This document shows, piece after piece, positions 36,246 to 47,889 of a DNA stretch of 64,000 nucleotides. A program made the position numbers and the translations under genes. The notes under the pieces were generated by a model. It worked only from the letters and a program-made list of their open reading frames with translations. It was not told the origin of the DNA and did not search any database. The DNA is taken from positions 46,688,001-46,752,000 of the forward strand of contig NC_045696.1 of assembly GCF_009834535.1 (NCBI RefSeq), written 5' to 3'. This stretch comes from Camelus ferus. Taxonomy: Eukaryota. The number at the start of each line of letters is the position of its first letter. The stretch's first letter is position 1.

Positions 36246-39159
36246 TGAGGCATTTACAGAGGAGGTGGTATTTCAATAGTGGATGAAAGAAAAAGAGAAA
36301 GGATGAGTGAATGATGGAGGAATCCTAAAGAGATTTGGAAGCATGCATGAAGAGGTTGTATTAGTCAGCTGTTCATGCAAACGAATGTATGCCCTCAAGT
36401 AGGGTCAAGTCACCCAATTCAAAGTAAGTCTCCATTTTTAAGATCTGGAACATGCTATTTTGCCTCATTCTCTGTACCCTAGACTCTTGGAAAACAAGCT
36501 TAGTGCTGAGTGACAGATATTACATATTTATTTGACACTTACTTATTAGTAGACCATGTTTCTCCTCAGTCTGGTTTAATTTGACAGACACAGCAGGTGG
36601 GGTCTCTGGGCAATTGATAATCTATTACAGGAGGAACCTATGACATTACTTTAACCACCATTACATGCAAAATGGGAGCGTCTTTACAGTTTTCATAGCA
36701 TCCTCTGCCTGGACTAGTAGAATCTATAATACTACTTAAAACAAATGACTATATTACATCAGGAAAATAGTGAGAAGTTGGTGAAAGGTTTACAGAATAA
36801 CAATTGAACTAGACTTTACAGGATGGATAACATTTCACTAACTGATGCAGACGCAGAGACACTTCAAGACCCTGCATGGTTAGAGAACTGTTAAATTACC
36901 TTGAAAAGACATCTTGTAGTGTCAGAAAGATTGACTCACCTATTTTATAAAGAAAAAATTGTAAGAAAAAGTCAATGAAATAAGTTTTCTTGCAGGAGGC
37001 ATTGGCTTTCTGCTTTAATTCTCATTCAATTATCCAGCAAACATCATTCCCCCAAGTCCTTTGAAATAATCAACCTTTTACCTGAACCCTAAAGCATCCT
37101 TTTTTTCATGATGTGTTTTGTGAACATTTCCTTCCTTTCTCTCCTGCAGATATTGTGAGTAACCCAATTTTGTTCATTTCTTGATAGGTAAGAATGCAGC
37201 AGTCTCTCATTTCACCTCCATCTGAGCAACAATGTGGAGAATTGTTCCTCTCTAGCTTGGTATTTGTATGTTGGGGGTTGGGGGGAACCAAAAGGAATGA
37301 AGAACAGAATCAGAAACGAGGGTAAGAACGGGTCGCTCCAAACCCTGGGAGCAGTCACATCAGGCTGCCAGCTGCAACAAGAATCTCTCTAATAAGGAAA
37401 TTAGAGCATGATCATTTCTGGCTATGTGACTCTGATTCTAAATAGGTTTTACAAATAGATTGTGATTGAACTTGGAAACATAAACAAATTGGCTTTGTGG
37501 AATAAAGGCTGAACTACATTTTATTTAGAGAATTAAAATGCTTTCATGGGAGGCTCTCTGGGAGAACGGACAGCTATTTTAACGAGAGCATATGCATTTG
37601 TGAAACACACCGGCTTTGTTGGTTTCTCTTTGGAGAGTCAGGTCTGATAAAGTCAAAAGAAAGTTTCCCAATAGGGTCCCTAAGAGGACAACTGATAAAG
37701 GCAGGGAATGGGCAGTATGTATTTGAAATTCCCCATTCAGATGCTGGGAGGAGAGGTGCCATTTAAAAATAATAGATTTTAAAATACCAGTAGCTTAAAA
37801 AATTCTAGTCAGCTATCTCCCTTGGACATTTCTTTTGTCTCTTGGAGATTTGGGGATAGAGGTTCTCTAAGCTCTATTAATACATTTTCACTTATAAATA
37901 TTCATGCAGTGTTCCCGGTGCCTCCCCGACTGACTCAGTGCAGGCTCCCTACCCCTGGCAAGAGAGTGGTGCCTGAGGAGATGCTAAATTTCTAACAAGG
38001 CCCAGGATCAGCCTCAGACAACCCAGAGCCATTTGAAAACACCAAAGACTTTTCAGTCAAGATAAAGCATTATAAATGTCTGTGTGTCCAAGCTAACATT
38101 CCACATGAGAGGATTAGCTTCCACTCTCTACAGATTTTCTGGGTTGTTATATAAGTAGTCATGGTGTTGTGTGTTTTGTGTTTCACACGGTGAGAAGACA
38201 GATCTGCCTGATTGGAAGAGGCTCTTTTTTATTTCCCTTTTTCTAAATCCACTGATTACTCACTAAAGCTCGATCCACCGGGGAGTGCAAGTCAGTACCA
38301 TCTCTCTGGTAGTGATAAGTTTGTACATTTAGAAACAAAGTGTGAGACGTGGTGGGAAGCACAAGGTCATTGGCTTGCTGGGTAGGAGTTTAGATCCAGC
38401 TGGTGTGGAGTGCATCCCACTATGTCAAAAGGCACACACTGTGGACATTTTTCCTACAATCTAATGATCTAACCCTAGACCATTTTGTGTTAACTGTTCT
38501 CCCCACTCGGATATGTCTGGTGTGTTACTAGGAGGTGGGTGAAGTCTAGAGCTGCATTTCCTCATTCTCCTTTATTGGGATATGGGGTCTCTGACATGGC
38601 CGGGGACCGAGTGGGTACTTTCTCCCACTAAATCCTTTCTAGACCTAAGTGAATTAGCACATAGTGTTTATGTCTGCACTCGTGTCTATGGCCCCACTTC
38701 ACATACATACACACACACAATTTCACATCGTATAGGGAAATACAAGCTTTTGCTGAAATAAGCTTGTATTTTCTTACATTTTTATTTCAGAGATACTTAA
38801 TTTTTCATTATGATTCAGCTTTAAATAGATATTTAGCCCTAATATTTCAGTCCCCTGCTGCTGCTTTTTCTGTCAAGCATATAGAAATTTATAAACGAAT
38901 TACCAGGTGAGCTTCTTATTTAAATGGAACTCAGATTAATTCACGGTGGAAATAAAATGTCTGTTCTCTTTAACCCACTCACTCAATGTAAACACTTTAT
39001 TTTCCTTACAATGTATTTTCCCTAACAAGCACAGCACAGCAGAAAAACGTATCAAACTGGGTGTCCTGTGACCTGGATCCTTGCCGTAGCTCTTCCACAA
39101 ATGAATGGATCTGGGCAAGTCATACATAAAAGATGGAGTTATGCCAGGTGCACTGGAGG

Positions 39160-39770
39160 AAGAGCTTCTCAGACTTCAATATGTATATTGCATTAGTCTG
39201 GGTTTTCCAGAGAAACAGGCCAAGAGGAGGACGAGCTAGATAAATAAATAAAAAAGAAGTAAATTCACAAATTAATGTTATATATTAATTTGATTCATTC
39301 ATTTATTCATTTATCTATTGGAATTGGCTTATATGATTATGGCAGCTCTGAAATCTGCAGGGTAGGCCAGCAGGTTGGATACCCATGAAGAAGTCTAAAG
39401 ATGAGTCCAAAGGTGGTTTAAGGGTAGAATTCTCTCCTCCCTGGGAAAGGCCAGTCTTTTTTTAATGAAGACCTGGTTGGGTGATGCCCACCCAGATTAT
39501 GGTGGGGAATCTGCTTTGTTCAGTTTACTGATTTAACTGTTAATCTCATCTTAAAAAATCTGCAGAAACATTTAGAATATTGTTTGACCAAATACCAAGC
39601 TGTCACATACAATTAACCATCACATCATATGTATGAACCACCTGAGGAGCTTGTTAAACATAGATTCCTGGTTTCTGTCCTCGGATTCTGGTTCTAATTG
39701 GCTATCCCTTTGTCAGGTGATGCTGATGCAGCTCTTTTAAGGATCCCTTTTTGAGTACAATTATTCTAGG
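39160..39770. mobile_element. MER5-family MITE split by an MLT2 LTR
   Basis: 'gcttctcagacttcaatatg' resumes at ~39625 as 'gaaccacctgaggagcttgttaaacatagattcctgg...caggtgatgctgatgcagc'. Confidence 0.7.
39189..39624 (-). mobile_element. ERVL solo LTR (MLT2-type)
   Basis: Starts 'tgcattagtctgggttttccagagaaacag', ends 'aattaaccatcaca'. Confidence 0.88.
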
Positions 39771-39779
39771 CATGCTACT

Positions 39780-39930
39780 GTTTGATCACGGTCCAGCCTC
39801 TTCTACAGACGAGGAAGGTGAAGCCTAGAGTTATGAAGGGGCTTGTCCAAAGGAGCCCCTATAGTTAGGTATTGGAACCCAAATCTTCAAATCTTACTAA
39901 GTCCAGGGCTCTTTCCACATAACATCCTGC
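39780..39930 (-). mobile_element. MIR fragment
   Basis: 'tacagacgaggaaggtgaagcctagag...gcttgtccaaagg'. Confidence 0.65.
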
Positions 39931-39989
39931 CTGACATGTAGTACAAATGAACTTTCTTAGGATGAAATCTAGCCTTGAAATTGAAACTT

Positions 39990-41545
39990 TCCCCAAACCA
40001 GAGTGAGCTAGTGGGATTTCTCATAGAATTTGACAACCTGCAAAAGTCTAGGAGGAGTCAAAGCAATTTTGAAAAAGAAGGAGGAGGGAAGACCCATACC
40101 TCCATATGTGGAGGCGTTTTAAAAAACTATAGTGATTAAAGCCGCATGGCATTGACAAAGAGACCACTGGAACAAATCAAGGACCCACTGTCAGACCTTA
40201 AATATTTGAGATGTCCACAACAGAGGTAGCACTGTGAGGAAAAGATAAGCTATCAATAAATACTGCTACAAAATGGCTAGCCATGGGAGAAAAAATAGAC
40301 TTCCTACTCATATCATACTTAAAAATAAATTCCAGATGGATCAATGTAGAAGCACCATTTAAAAACCTTTAATGAAAATTTTAAGATAATATTTTTTATT
40401 TCAGGGTTGATAAATATTTCTTAAATGAGACAAAAGGCACAAACCATAAAGTAAAACAATAACAAGCCAATATTTACTGAGCTCACCTATCTATACACAG
40501 TATTCTGAGTACCTTATATATGCTGACTCATATAATACTCATGAAAACCCTATGAGGCTGTTATTACTATGATCTTCATAAAAGACTGAGGCCTGGAGGG
40601 GCTATTAACTTTCCTAACCTGGGTGGTAAGTGGCAAAGGTGTGAGTTGATCCCAGGTATTCTCGCTCCAGATCCACTGCTCTACACTGCCTTTCAGGAGA
40701 GGAAAATGGACTACATTCAACTGAAAAGAATATATATATTACATAAATTAATTAAAAATACAAACCAATACCAGGAGAAAATATTTTTAATGCATATGAC
40801 CACTAAAGGATTATACACACACACACGCACAAACGCAGTGCACACTCACAAATCAATGTGAAAAAGAAGCACTCTATTAGAAAATGTGCATAGCTTATGA
40901 ACAGGTACTTCATTGACAAGGAAAGTCAAATGGCCGTAATCATATGAAAATTTCATGCTGGTTGGCATATAAATCAGTATAACCGCCTTGGAAGGCAATT
41001 TGGCAACATCTAGGAAAGTGAAAGGTGCACCTTTCCTGTAATCCAGGAAATTCTTTGTGAACACAAAGTTTTTGCAGAGTTGTTTCAGTGAAAAATTGGA
41101 GATAATAACTCAGTAAAGAAATGGTTCAACAAATTGCAGGAAAGTTGTATTTTGGAATACGAAGTAAAGTAGGCCTAGACATATCTACACAGATATAGTT
41201 AAAAACCTGATGTTGTATGAACAAAAGATGTTGAAAAATGACTTATAGCATATATCATTTGAGTAAACTCTAAAATCTCACAAAATAATGGTGAGTGTGT
41301 AACATTGCCATAAGGATATAAATCATCTTCAGGATAATGATTACCTTTGGCGGGTGGGAGTTGGGGAAAGGGAGAGAGCGGAGGATCAGAAGAGAAATTT
41401 AGCTCCATCTTACATTAAAAAAAAAAAAAATCTCAAGGAGACATGAATAAATATTAAGATGTGTTAAATACTGAGTACCTGAGAGTTTTATAATTTTCTA
41501 TATATTTGAAATTGCCCATAATGACATGTTTTTAAAGAAATAAAA
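39990..41545 (+). mobile_element. Old L1 ORF2 3' part + 3' UTR (L1ME-like), split by an antisense MIR (~40460-40692)
   Basis: 'caaagcaattttgaaaaagaag...tatagtgattaaa...aaataaattccagatggatcaa', 'ttggaaggcaatttggcaacatct'; MIR 'aatatttactgagctcacctat...aaccctatgagg'. Confidence 0.8.
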
Positions 41546-42069
41546 ATGCTATTCCCACAGTCATTATTTTTAGTATACAATTGTATTTTTTTCCTGAGGG
41601 CTAAAATACACAAACTTTATCCTTTCTGCATATTATTTTTTTCTTAGGCATTCCTTTCCTACTTATTCTAAAATCTTAAGAGTTGGAAGAAAATTTAGAG
41701 GGCGTTTGTTCAGATCTACCACTTAACACAGGCACTTCTGGATTCAAACTTTTGCTCCAAGTAAAAACACTCAGTAGAACTTTCTTTTATGCTTAATAAT
41801 CTGGAAAATATAGTTTTGATTAACTAGATACTTTTTTTTTAACTGAGTCAAGTTCTATGGATAATGACTCTAAAAAGTAAAACATAATAAATTATACTTA
41901 ACAACAATACTATACTGAACACATAATTTTACCTGTGATGATAGAGATCAAGGTCATCATCCTAACCACCAATTACCATTATTTTGGTAGTATGTGGGAA
42001 GTGCCATTGAAAGAGATCTGATTGGCAAAATGTCAGATAGTGTGGAATAAGAGGAATATGTGGAGACAA

Positions 42070-42230
42070 GGAAATTACCATTTATTGAAGTGTTGTGGGA
42101 GGTGTGTTAGATATACAATTTCATTTAAATCCTGGAGCAACCCTGTTAAGGCAGATATTGTTCTTCTCACTTTTCAATTAAAGGCATTGAGGTTCAGAGG
42201 GATTTGAGGTAATCTGCCCTAAGTCCTGTT
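42070..42230 (-). mobile_element. MIR fragment
   Basis: 'catttattgaagtg...tcatttaaatcctggagcaaccctg...ttgaggttcagaggg'. Confidence 0.7.
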
Positions 42231-42480
42231 AAGAAAAATTAACCCAAACGTGACAATAAGGCAAAAAGAAGCCTATGTGCCCTTTCAACATCGTACTGGA
42301 GCTTTATGTAATTGGGGCGCATAGCTTGTTAATTCTCTAAGGGAATGTACTTTTGTTTGACTTATTATTTACTACTGATTAGTACTAGACTCTGTGAAGC
42401 TGTAGGTTAACTTGTAGATTTTTGTCTAATAAAAATGCAGATGACTTTTGTACAGTAGAAAATATAATTCCAAAGATACA

Positions 42481-42656
42481 TTTCTTTCTTTTCCTTCCTT
42501 CCTTCCTTCCTTCCTCCCTCCCTCCCTCCCTCTCTCTCTTTTTTCTTTCTTTCTCTCTTTCTTTCTCTTTCTTTCTCCCTTTCTTTCTCTCTTTCTTTCT
42601 TTCTTTTTCTTTCTTTCTTTCTCTCTTTCTCTCTTCTCTCTCTCTTTCTCTCTCTT

Positions 42657-42687
<31 letters not shown>

Positions 42688-42695
42688 TTCTTTCC

Positions 42696-42785
<90 letters not shown>

Positions 42786-42824
42786 CTCTTTCTCCCTTCC
42801 TCCCTTCCTTCCTTCCTTCCTTCC
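42481..42824. repeat. Compound (TTCC)/(TCCC)/(TC)/(TTTC)n polypyrimidine microsatellite, 344 bp
   Basis: No purine on the plus strand from 42481 to 42824. Confidence 0.97.
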
Positions 42825-44802
42825 ATCTTTTTAGCTATAGATATTTATTCTGTCTAAATCTTGAACCAGTATTACAATCCTAATGCTCCCCTCATTAATA
42901 GATGAAATGTGTTCTTTGTATGTTCATAAGAGAGTCAAGTTTTTGCCGTATTAAAAATTACGCTTTGACTGTCCCACAGCTAAAGCTTTAGATCCAGGAC
43001 CCATGTTTTTGCTCTCACGTCCACTTTTTTCGGACAGATGAATCGTACTTCATTACTGAAAACCTATGCTTAATTAAGGAACTAGTCCTGCAATGTAGGG
43101 GCAGGGAAACTTACACTGCTGGAAAAACAGTACCACTTTTCGTTTATCTGAGAGGTGGAAACAATATGGAGGAATCCCTTCTCTGGATGTGCGTCTCCTA
43201 ATATGCAGAGACCTCATCACTTGGACCCATACAGTTGCTACTTCCCCCTGCCCAATAAACAGAGGGGTAGGATGGCTTATGCACAGTTTTGCACTGTGTG
43301 TTTTGTATGTATATATGTTATCCGGGTACCTCTGTACGTATGTGCGAGTATACTTGTACTGTGCACTTTGTACATCAGAGTCTGAGTGGTAGAGAATGTG
43401 TATGGTAATGCGTAGAGCCAGTATCCCTATGTGTAATTTCTACCCCCGTCTCCACTCAACCAATTTCTAGCTCTATACTGAATCCCTATAACCCAAGGCA
43501 TTTTTCAAAGAGAGTTCTAGCCTATAAACTTCAAGAACATACATTCACAAATATATAACATGAAACCCCACTCATTCAGTGTAATCAGGGAAGGTGGGAC
43601 TGAATTAGTAAAAATATGACAATGTGGTCTATTTTTAAAAAACTGAAGTAGCATTATTTTTAAGTACTTACATGCTAGTCTTTCAGTTATAAAATTATAT
43701 CCTGTAATTGTCTTTGGGGACTTAATTAATAGGGAGATAAAAGTGGTATGTAATCAGCTGATCAACAGAAGGAAGAAATGGTCATGTCTTAAGTGATTGC
43801 AAAGTCTGTTCTCTTAAGCAGGTAAAACAACTCTTAGTTTCCTTGTAACTCTTTCCAGATGATCATTTGACACTGAATAACCTTTCTTGATAAGAAAAAC
43901 TGATAAAATTCTTTCAAATCTAAAGGAGGGATATGTGAACTAAGGCGGTTTCAGTGCTTCTACATTTTTTTTTCCCTATAGGTTACTTCGTTAAACAAGC
44001 TAATTGGGCTCAGTCCACATCCCTGGTAACACCATCTTGAAGCAAAATGTTGGAAAAGGTCTCCTGGCAACTGGCAACTCGTGGCCATTGCCCTTTTGCC
44101 CAGAAAAAGGGGGCTGCTGTTGTACCAGGCGGAGCCCAGAGGACAACAGGCAGGCGGTCTGGCAAGGCTGCCTGCTGATGCTAATTACCCTAGTCCAGCG
44201 CTTCCCTTCTGGGGAAGTAGGAGCAGAGAAATTGATGCCAAGTTCTTGCACAAGGTCGAATGTTTCTGGAGGAAGGGAGCCAGGGTTAAATTAGCAGTCA
44301 GAATGAGGTAGGAAGCTGGGTGGAGAAACACAGGCTGGGAGAGGGGGGAGAAGTCTGGAAATTCAAATGGAGACAGCAGTAAAAAGTAATTACTAACACA
44401 TTTTCCAAGTTGGAAAGCCAGCCGCATCCCACACCAGGGCCAGACTCAAAGCTCTTCTGTTCCAAGGAGGTTGGAGCGGGCTCAGGGGACAGGAAGGGAC
44501 TGTGCAAGCCAGCCGCCTGTCACTGACTTTTGGAGCCATGCTCCCCAAAAAGGGAAATTCATCTTGAAAGAGAAAACAAAGGACATTTCTGCCTAAATTG
44601 TCCATTAAGAGTAATGTTCTCTATGCATTCAATGTATCCATCATTTTAGGACCACTCAACAGCAAAAAATTATCAAACATCAAAACAAAGTAAAGGGAAA
44701 CCTTTTAGGAAAATGTAAGCCTTTGTGAACCTAAAATATCTGCCTTCTCTGCTGTTCATCAACATCACTGGAGGAAAGAAACTGTGGGAGGGACAGATCT
44801 CA

Positions 44803-44902
44803 GGAGAGGAGGAGGAGGAGGGAAGAGGGAGGAGAAGGGAGGAGGAGGGAGGTGGAGAAGGTGGGAGGAGGAGGAGGGGGGAAGAAAAGGAAAAGGAGAA
44901 AC
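44803..44902. repeat. GGA/GA-rich low-complexity purine tract
   Basis: Read directly. Confidence 0.9.
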
Positions 44903-46412
44903 AATGGTCTCTTGGTGTCGGGGAGAAATTCATGACTGGATTGACTGTTTTGGATTGACTGTTTTGACAGTTCATTTTTATTATTTTTTTCCCTCCAACT
45001 TCGGAACCATGATAGACAATTGCTGAGCATCATATTGATGAGTGAACACTTCATCAGATCTGGTTGCCTTAACAACTAAAATAGCCAAAATGTTAAGACA
45101 GTCAAATAAGATTGATTATTTTTGATACAATCTGTGGGTGGTTGACCCAGAAAGTCTCAGCCTAATCACACATATAAACACAGAGGCTATATCAACAGAT
45201 GCAAAAGCAGACAGAGGACAAGCGAGAAATCCATCAATCACCTGGATGCCTCATGTCTGTGATACACTGAACAGTGTGCACAGAAACACCAGAAAGAGTC
45301 TCTGGATTGCTTCTTGGTGCTGGGTGTCACAGGAGGAGCCAGCCTTAAAAGCTGTCAATTCTGATCTTTTCAGTTTCTAGCAAAAAGACAGCGTCTGGCT
45401 TGTAATGGAAAAGCAGATTTCCTCCAAATTGTTATCTAGAGGTGCTGAATCATGCATGAATGTCAGCCGATGGATGACGCCAGCCATGGCATCATTTTGT
45501 GGGGGCTTTATCTGGTGTGAACTGAGAGCATTCTACTCTATGAATTTTCTTTAAACATCCTCAGATAATTGTTGTGCTGTGTCATAGACCAAAAGGGAAA
45601 TTAAATCTCTCTCATATTGGATTTGGTATTTGCAGGCTTTCCTGAAGACAAAGGAAAGGAAATTCATTTTAGATTAAAAAAAATTCTTAAATTAGGAAAT
45701 TGCAGCCACCCTATGAGGTACCTATCCGAATTTAACCCACCAGGTGCAGAGGGATGATGCCTCTGCGTGGCGGTACAGGTACAAAGGTTCCTGAAGCTTT
45801 ACTCTTGTTTATTTGTTTTGTTAGGTATTTCTTTCCATTTTGAGTTCTGAAAAAATTATTAGTTGATAGCTTGATGGCAATACAATCTATGTTGAGAAAA
45901 GAGGAATTGATTAAGAAGTGAGAGGCTGAAAATAAGTGAAAAATAAAAGCCTACACAATGTTTACAGTGCAATTTTCCAATACAGATTTGAGTGGATACC
46001 ACATGCAGTTAGAAACAGATGCATTTTCTAGCCTTTCTTATTGAACAAAGAATAATTCCTGAGTTCCCTTCCCCTTTTAAAAAAGAATTCAAGAAAATAT
46101 AATGCTAAAATCCATATGTTAACATGGCATTTATTTGGATGCTTGAAACTTGAAAGAGTCAGCCTCAACTCTTAAAGGTTCTGACATAGCTGGCATGTAG
46201 CTGGATATTAGGGAGGACAGTTGCAATAATTGTTCATGGAAACAGAACAGTAATCTGCAAATATCCGTTTGCTAGATTAATTAGCAAGGATGTTTGTTAA
46301 CTTGATATATTGATTCTTAAAAAAGGAATCTGGATGCATTTGAATGTATGTCTAAAACATCATATCACATCTCCTTAGATAGCTTTATATTTTACAATGC
46401 CTTTTACTTTTC

Positions 46413-46562
46413 CTTTGGCAGGGGAAGGTAATTAGGTTTATTTATTTATTTATTTATTTATTTTAATAGAAGTACTGCGGATTTAATGGAGGTGCTCATG
46501 AGGTACCCAGAACCACATGAATGCTTAGCACGCACTCTACCACTGAGCTATACCCTCCCCCC
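46413..46562 (-). mobile_element. tRNA-Ala-derived SINE (camelid Vic-1-like)
   Basis: Antisense 'ggtaattaggtttatttattt...atgcttagcacgcactctaccactgagctataccctcccc'; TTACTTTTC repeats at 46404-46412 and 46563-46571. Confidence 0.85.
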
Positions 46563-46619
46563 TTACTTTTCTTACTTTAGTTGATCCATACCACAGTCCT
46601 TTGGAGGTTGACATCTACA

Positions 46620-47190
46620 TTGGACTCTGCTGATGAATATACAACCATGCCAGTCATGGCTGTCTTTTCTTCCCAGCCTGACTTGCTAAGAGCTGAGCTT
46701 TTCATTATATAAGTGGTCACTAAGTGAACAAGAAAATGACGTTATTCAAACACAGACAATCCACTTTGATACCAGCAAATTATCCCTTTCTTGGGAACTT
46801 GAACTAGGAAATTCCTAAAGAATAAGTCAGTGGTGACAGCTGATGCTGAAATGCCTTGATGTAGAGAGAAGCTGGAGAGGGCATGATGCTAACTTAAGTT
46901 CTAAATGATTGAAAATGATGGGTCAGCAGAAGCGATAAGGAAAGAACATAGAGACAACAGAAGGTGAGTAGGGAAAAGAAGGGAGAGACTGAAAGGTGGA
47001 GAATAGCCAAATGAGATGAAATACGAGAGTGGTAAAGTGAGCCTCCATGACGTCCATCACTGAGGTCACCAGGATCCTCCTCTAGTTCCAGGGAGGCTGC
47101 TGTTCCTGCTCTTGGTTTGTTTTTTTCCTGGAAACCTTTGGTAACGTGAGTGAGTCTCTGTCCCTTACATCCAAAGGAGTTTGACTAGAA
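46620..47190 (+). mobile_element. Old MaLR LTR (MLT1M/N-like) inside a MIR
   Basis: Ends 'gagtgagtctctgtcccttacatccaaaggagtttgactagaaa'; MIR-like remnants on both sides. Confidence 0.5.
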
Positions 47191-47347
47191 AGCATTATTA
47201 TCCTCCAAAGCAAAAAGAGGAAGCAAACATCTTTTCCTGAAAAGATGGATTGTACTGTAGTTCATAAGCACGCAAGCAGAAAGTGGTGGAGCCAGCGCAC
47301 ATGCCCAGACTTTTCTAAAACTGGTGCTGATTTCAGTTTATCACACT

Positions 47348-47888
47348 CTGGCATTCTGAAAACATGACCCTGAAATCCTTTAACACTCCTTCCATCAAGA
47401 GACAGTGTCTATGTCCGCTGCCCTTGAATCTGGGTGGGAGCTACTGACAGTCCAACTAATGAAGGGTAGCAGAAGTAATGTGCATGATTTTTGAGACTAG
47501 TTTAGAAAAGATTATACAACTTCTGCTTGGTTTTCTGAGAATGCTTTTGGAACCCAACCACCATGCTGTGAGGAAGCCCCGTCTAGTCTCCATGGAGAGC
47601 CTCTCTGGAAAGATCCTCAGATAGAGAAGGGGAGAGAGAGAAAGAGAAAGACTAAGAGAGAGAAATGTCTTTCCATCTCTCAACTGTTCCAGCTTTCCTC
47701 TTTCTCACTGCTCTTGGCCTCCCTCACCCCCACCCCCAGCTATTCTAACATCAACCACTGTTTGACTGCAGTAGAAGAGAGACCCACCCAGCTGTGAACT
47801 TTCTGGATTCCTGCCCCACAAAAGCATGAGTAAAATAATTACTGATTTTATAAACTAAATAATTGAGTTTTGAACATAGCAATGAACA
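47348..47888 (+). mobile_element. MaLR LTR (MLT1F/G/H-like)
   Basis: 'actccttccatcaagag...gtctatgtcc...cccttgaatctggg...ggaacccaaccaccatgctgtgaggaagccc...attcctgccccaca'. Confidence 0.85.
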
Positions 47889-47889
47889 T

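Noticed and set aside
42407..42883. Long ORFs (128-153 aa) rich in K/E/R or F/L/S
   Set aside because: Stop-free frames produced by the polypyrimidine microsatellite
44673..45075. Glu/Gly/Arg- or Pro/Ser-rich ORFs
   Set aside because: Translation of the GGA-rich low-complexity tract
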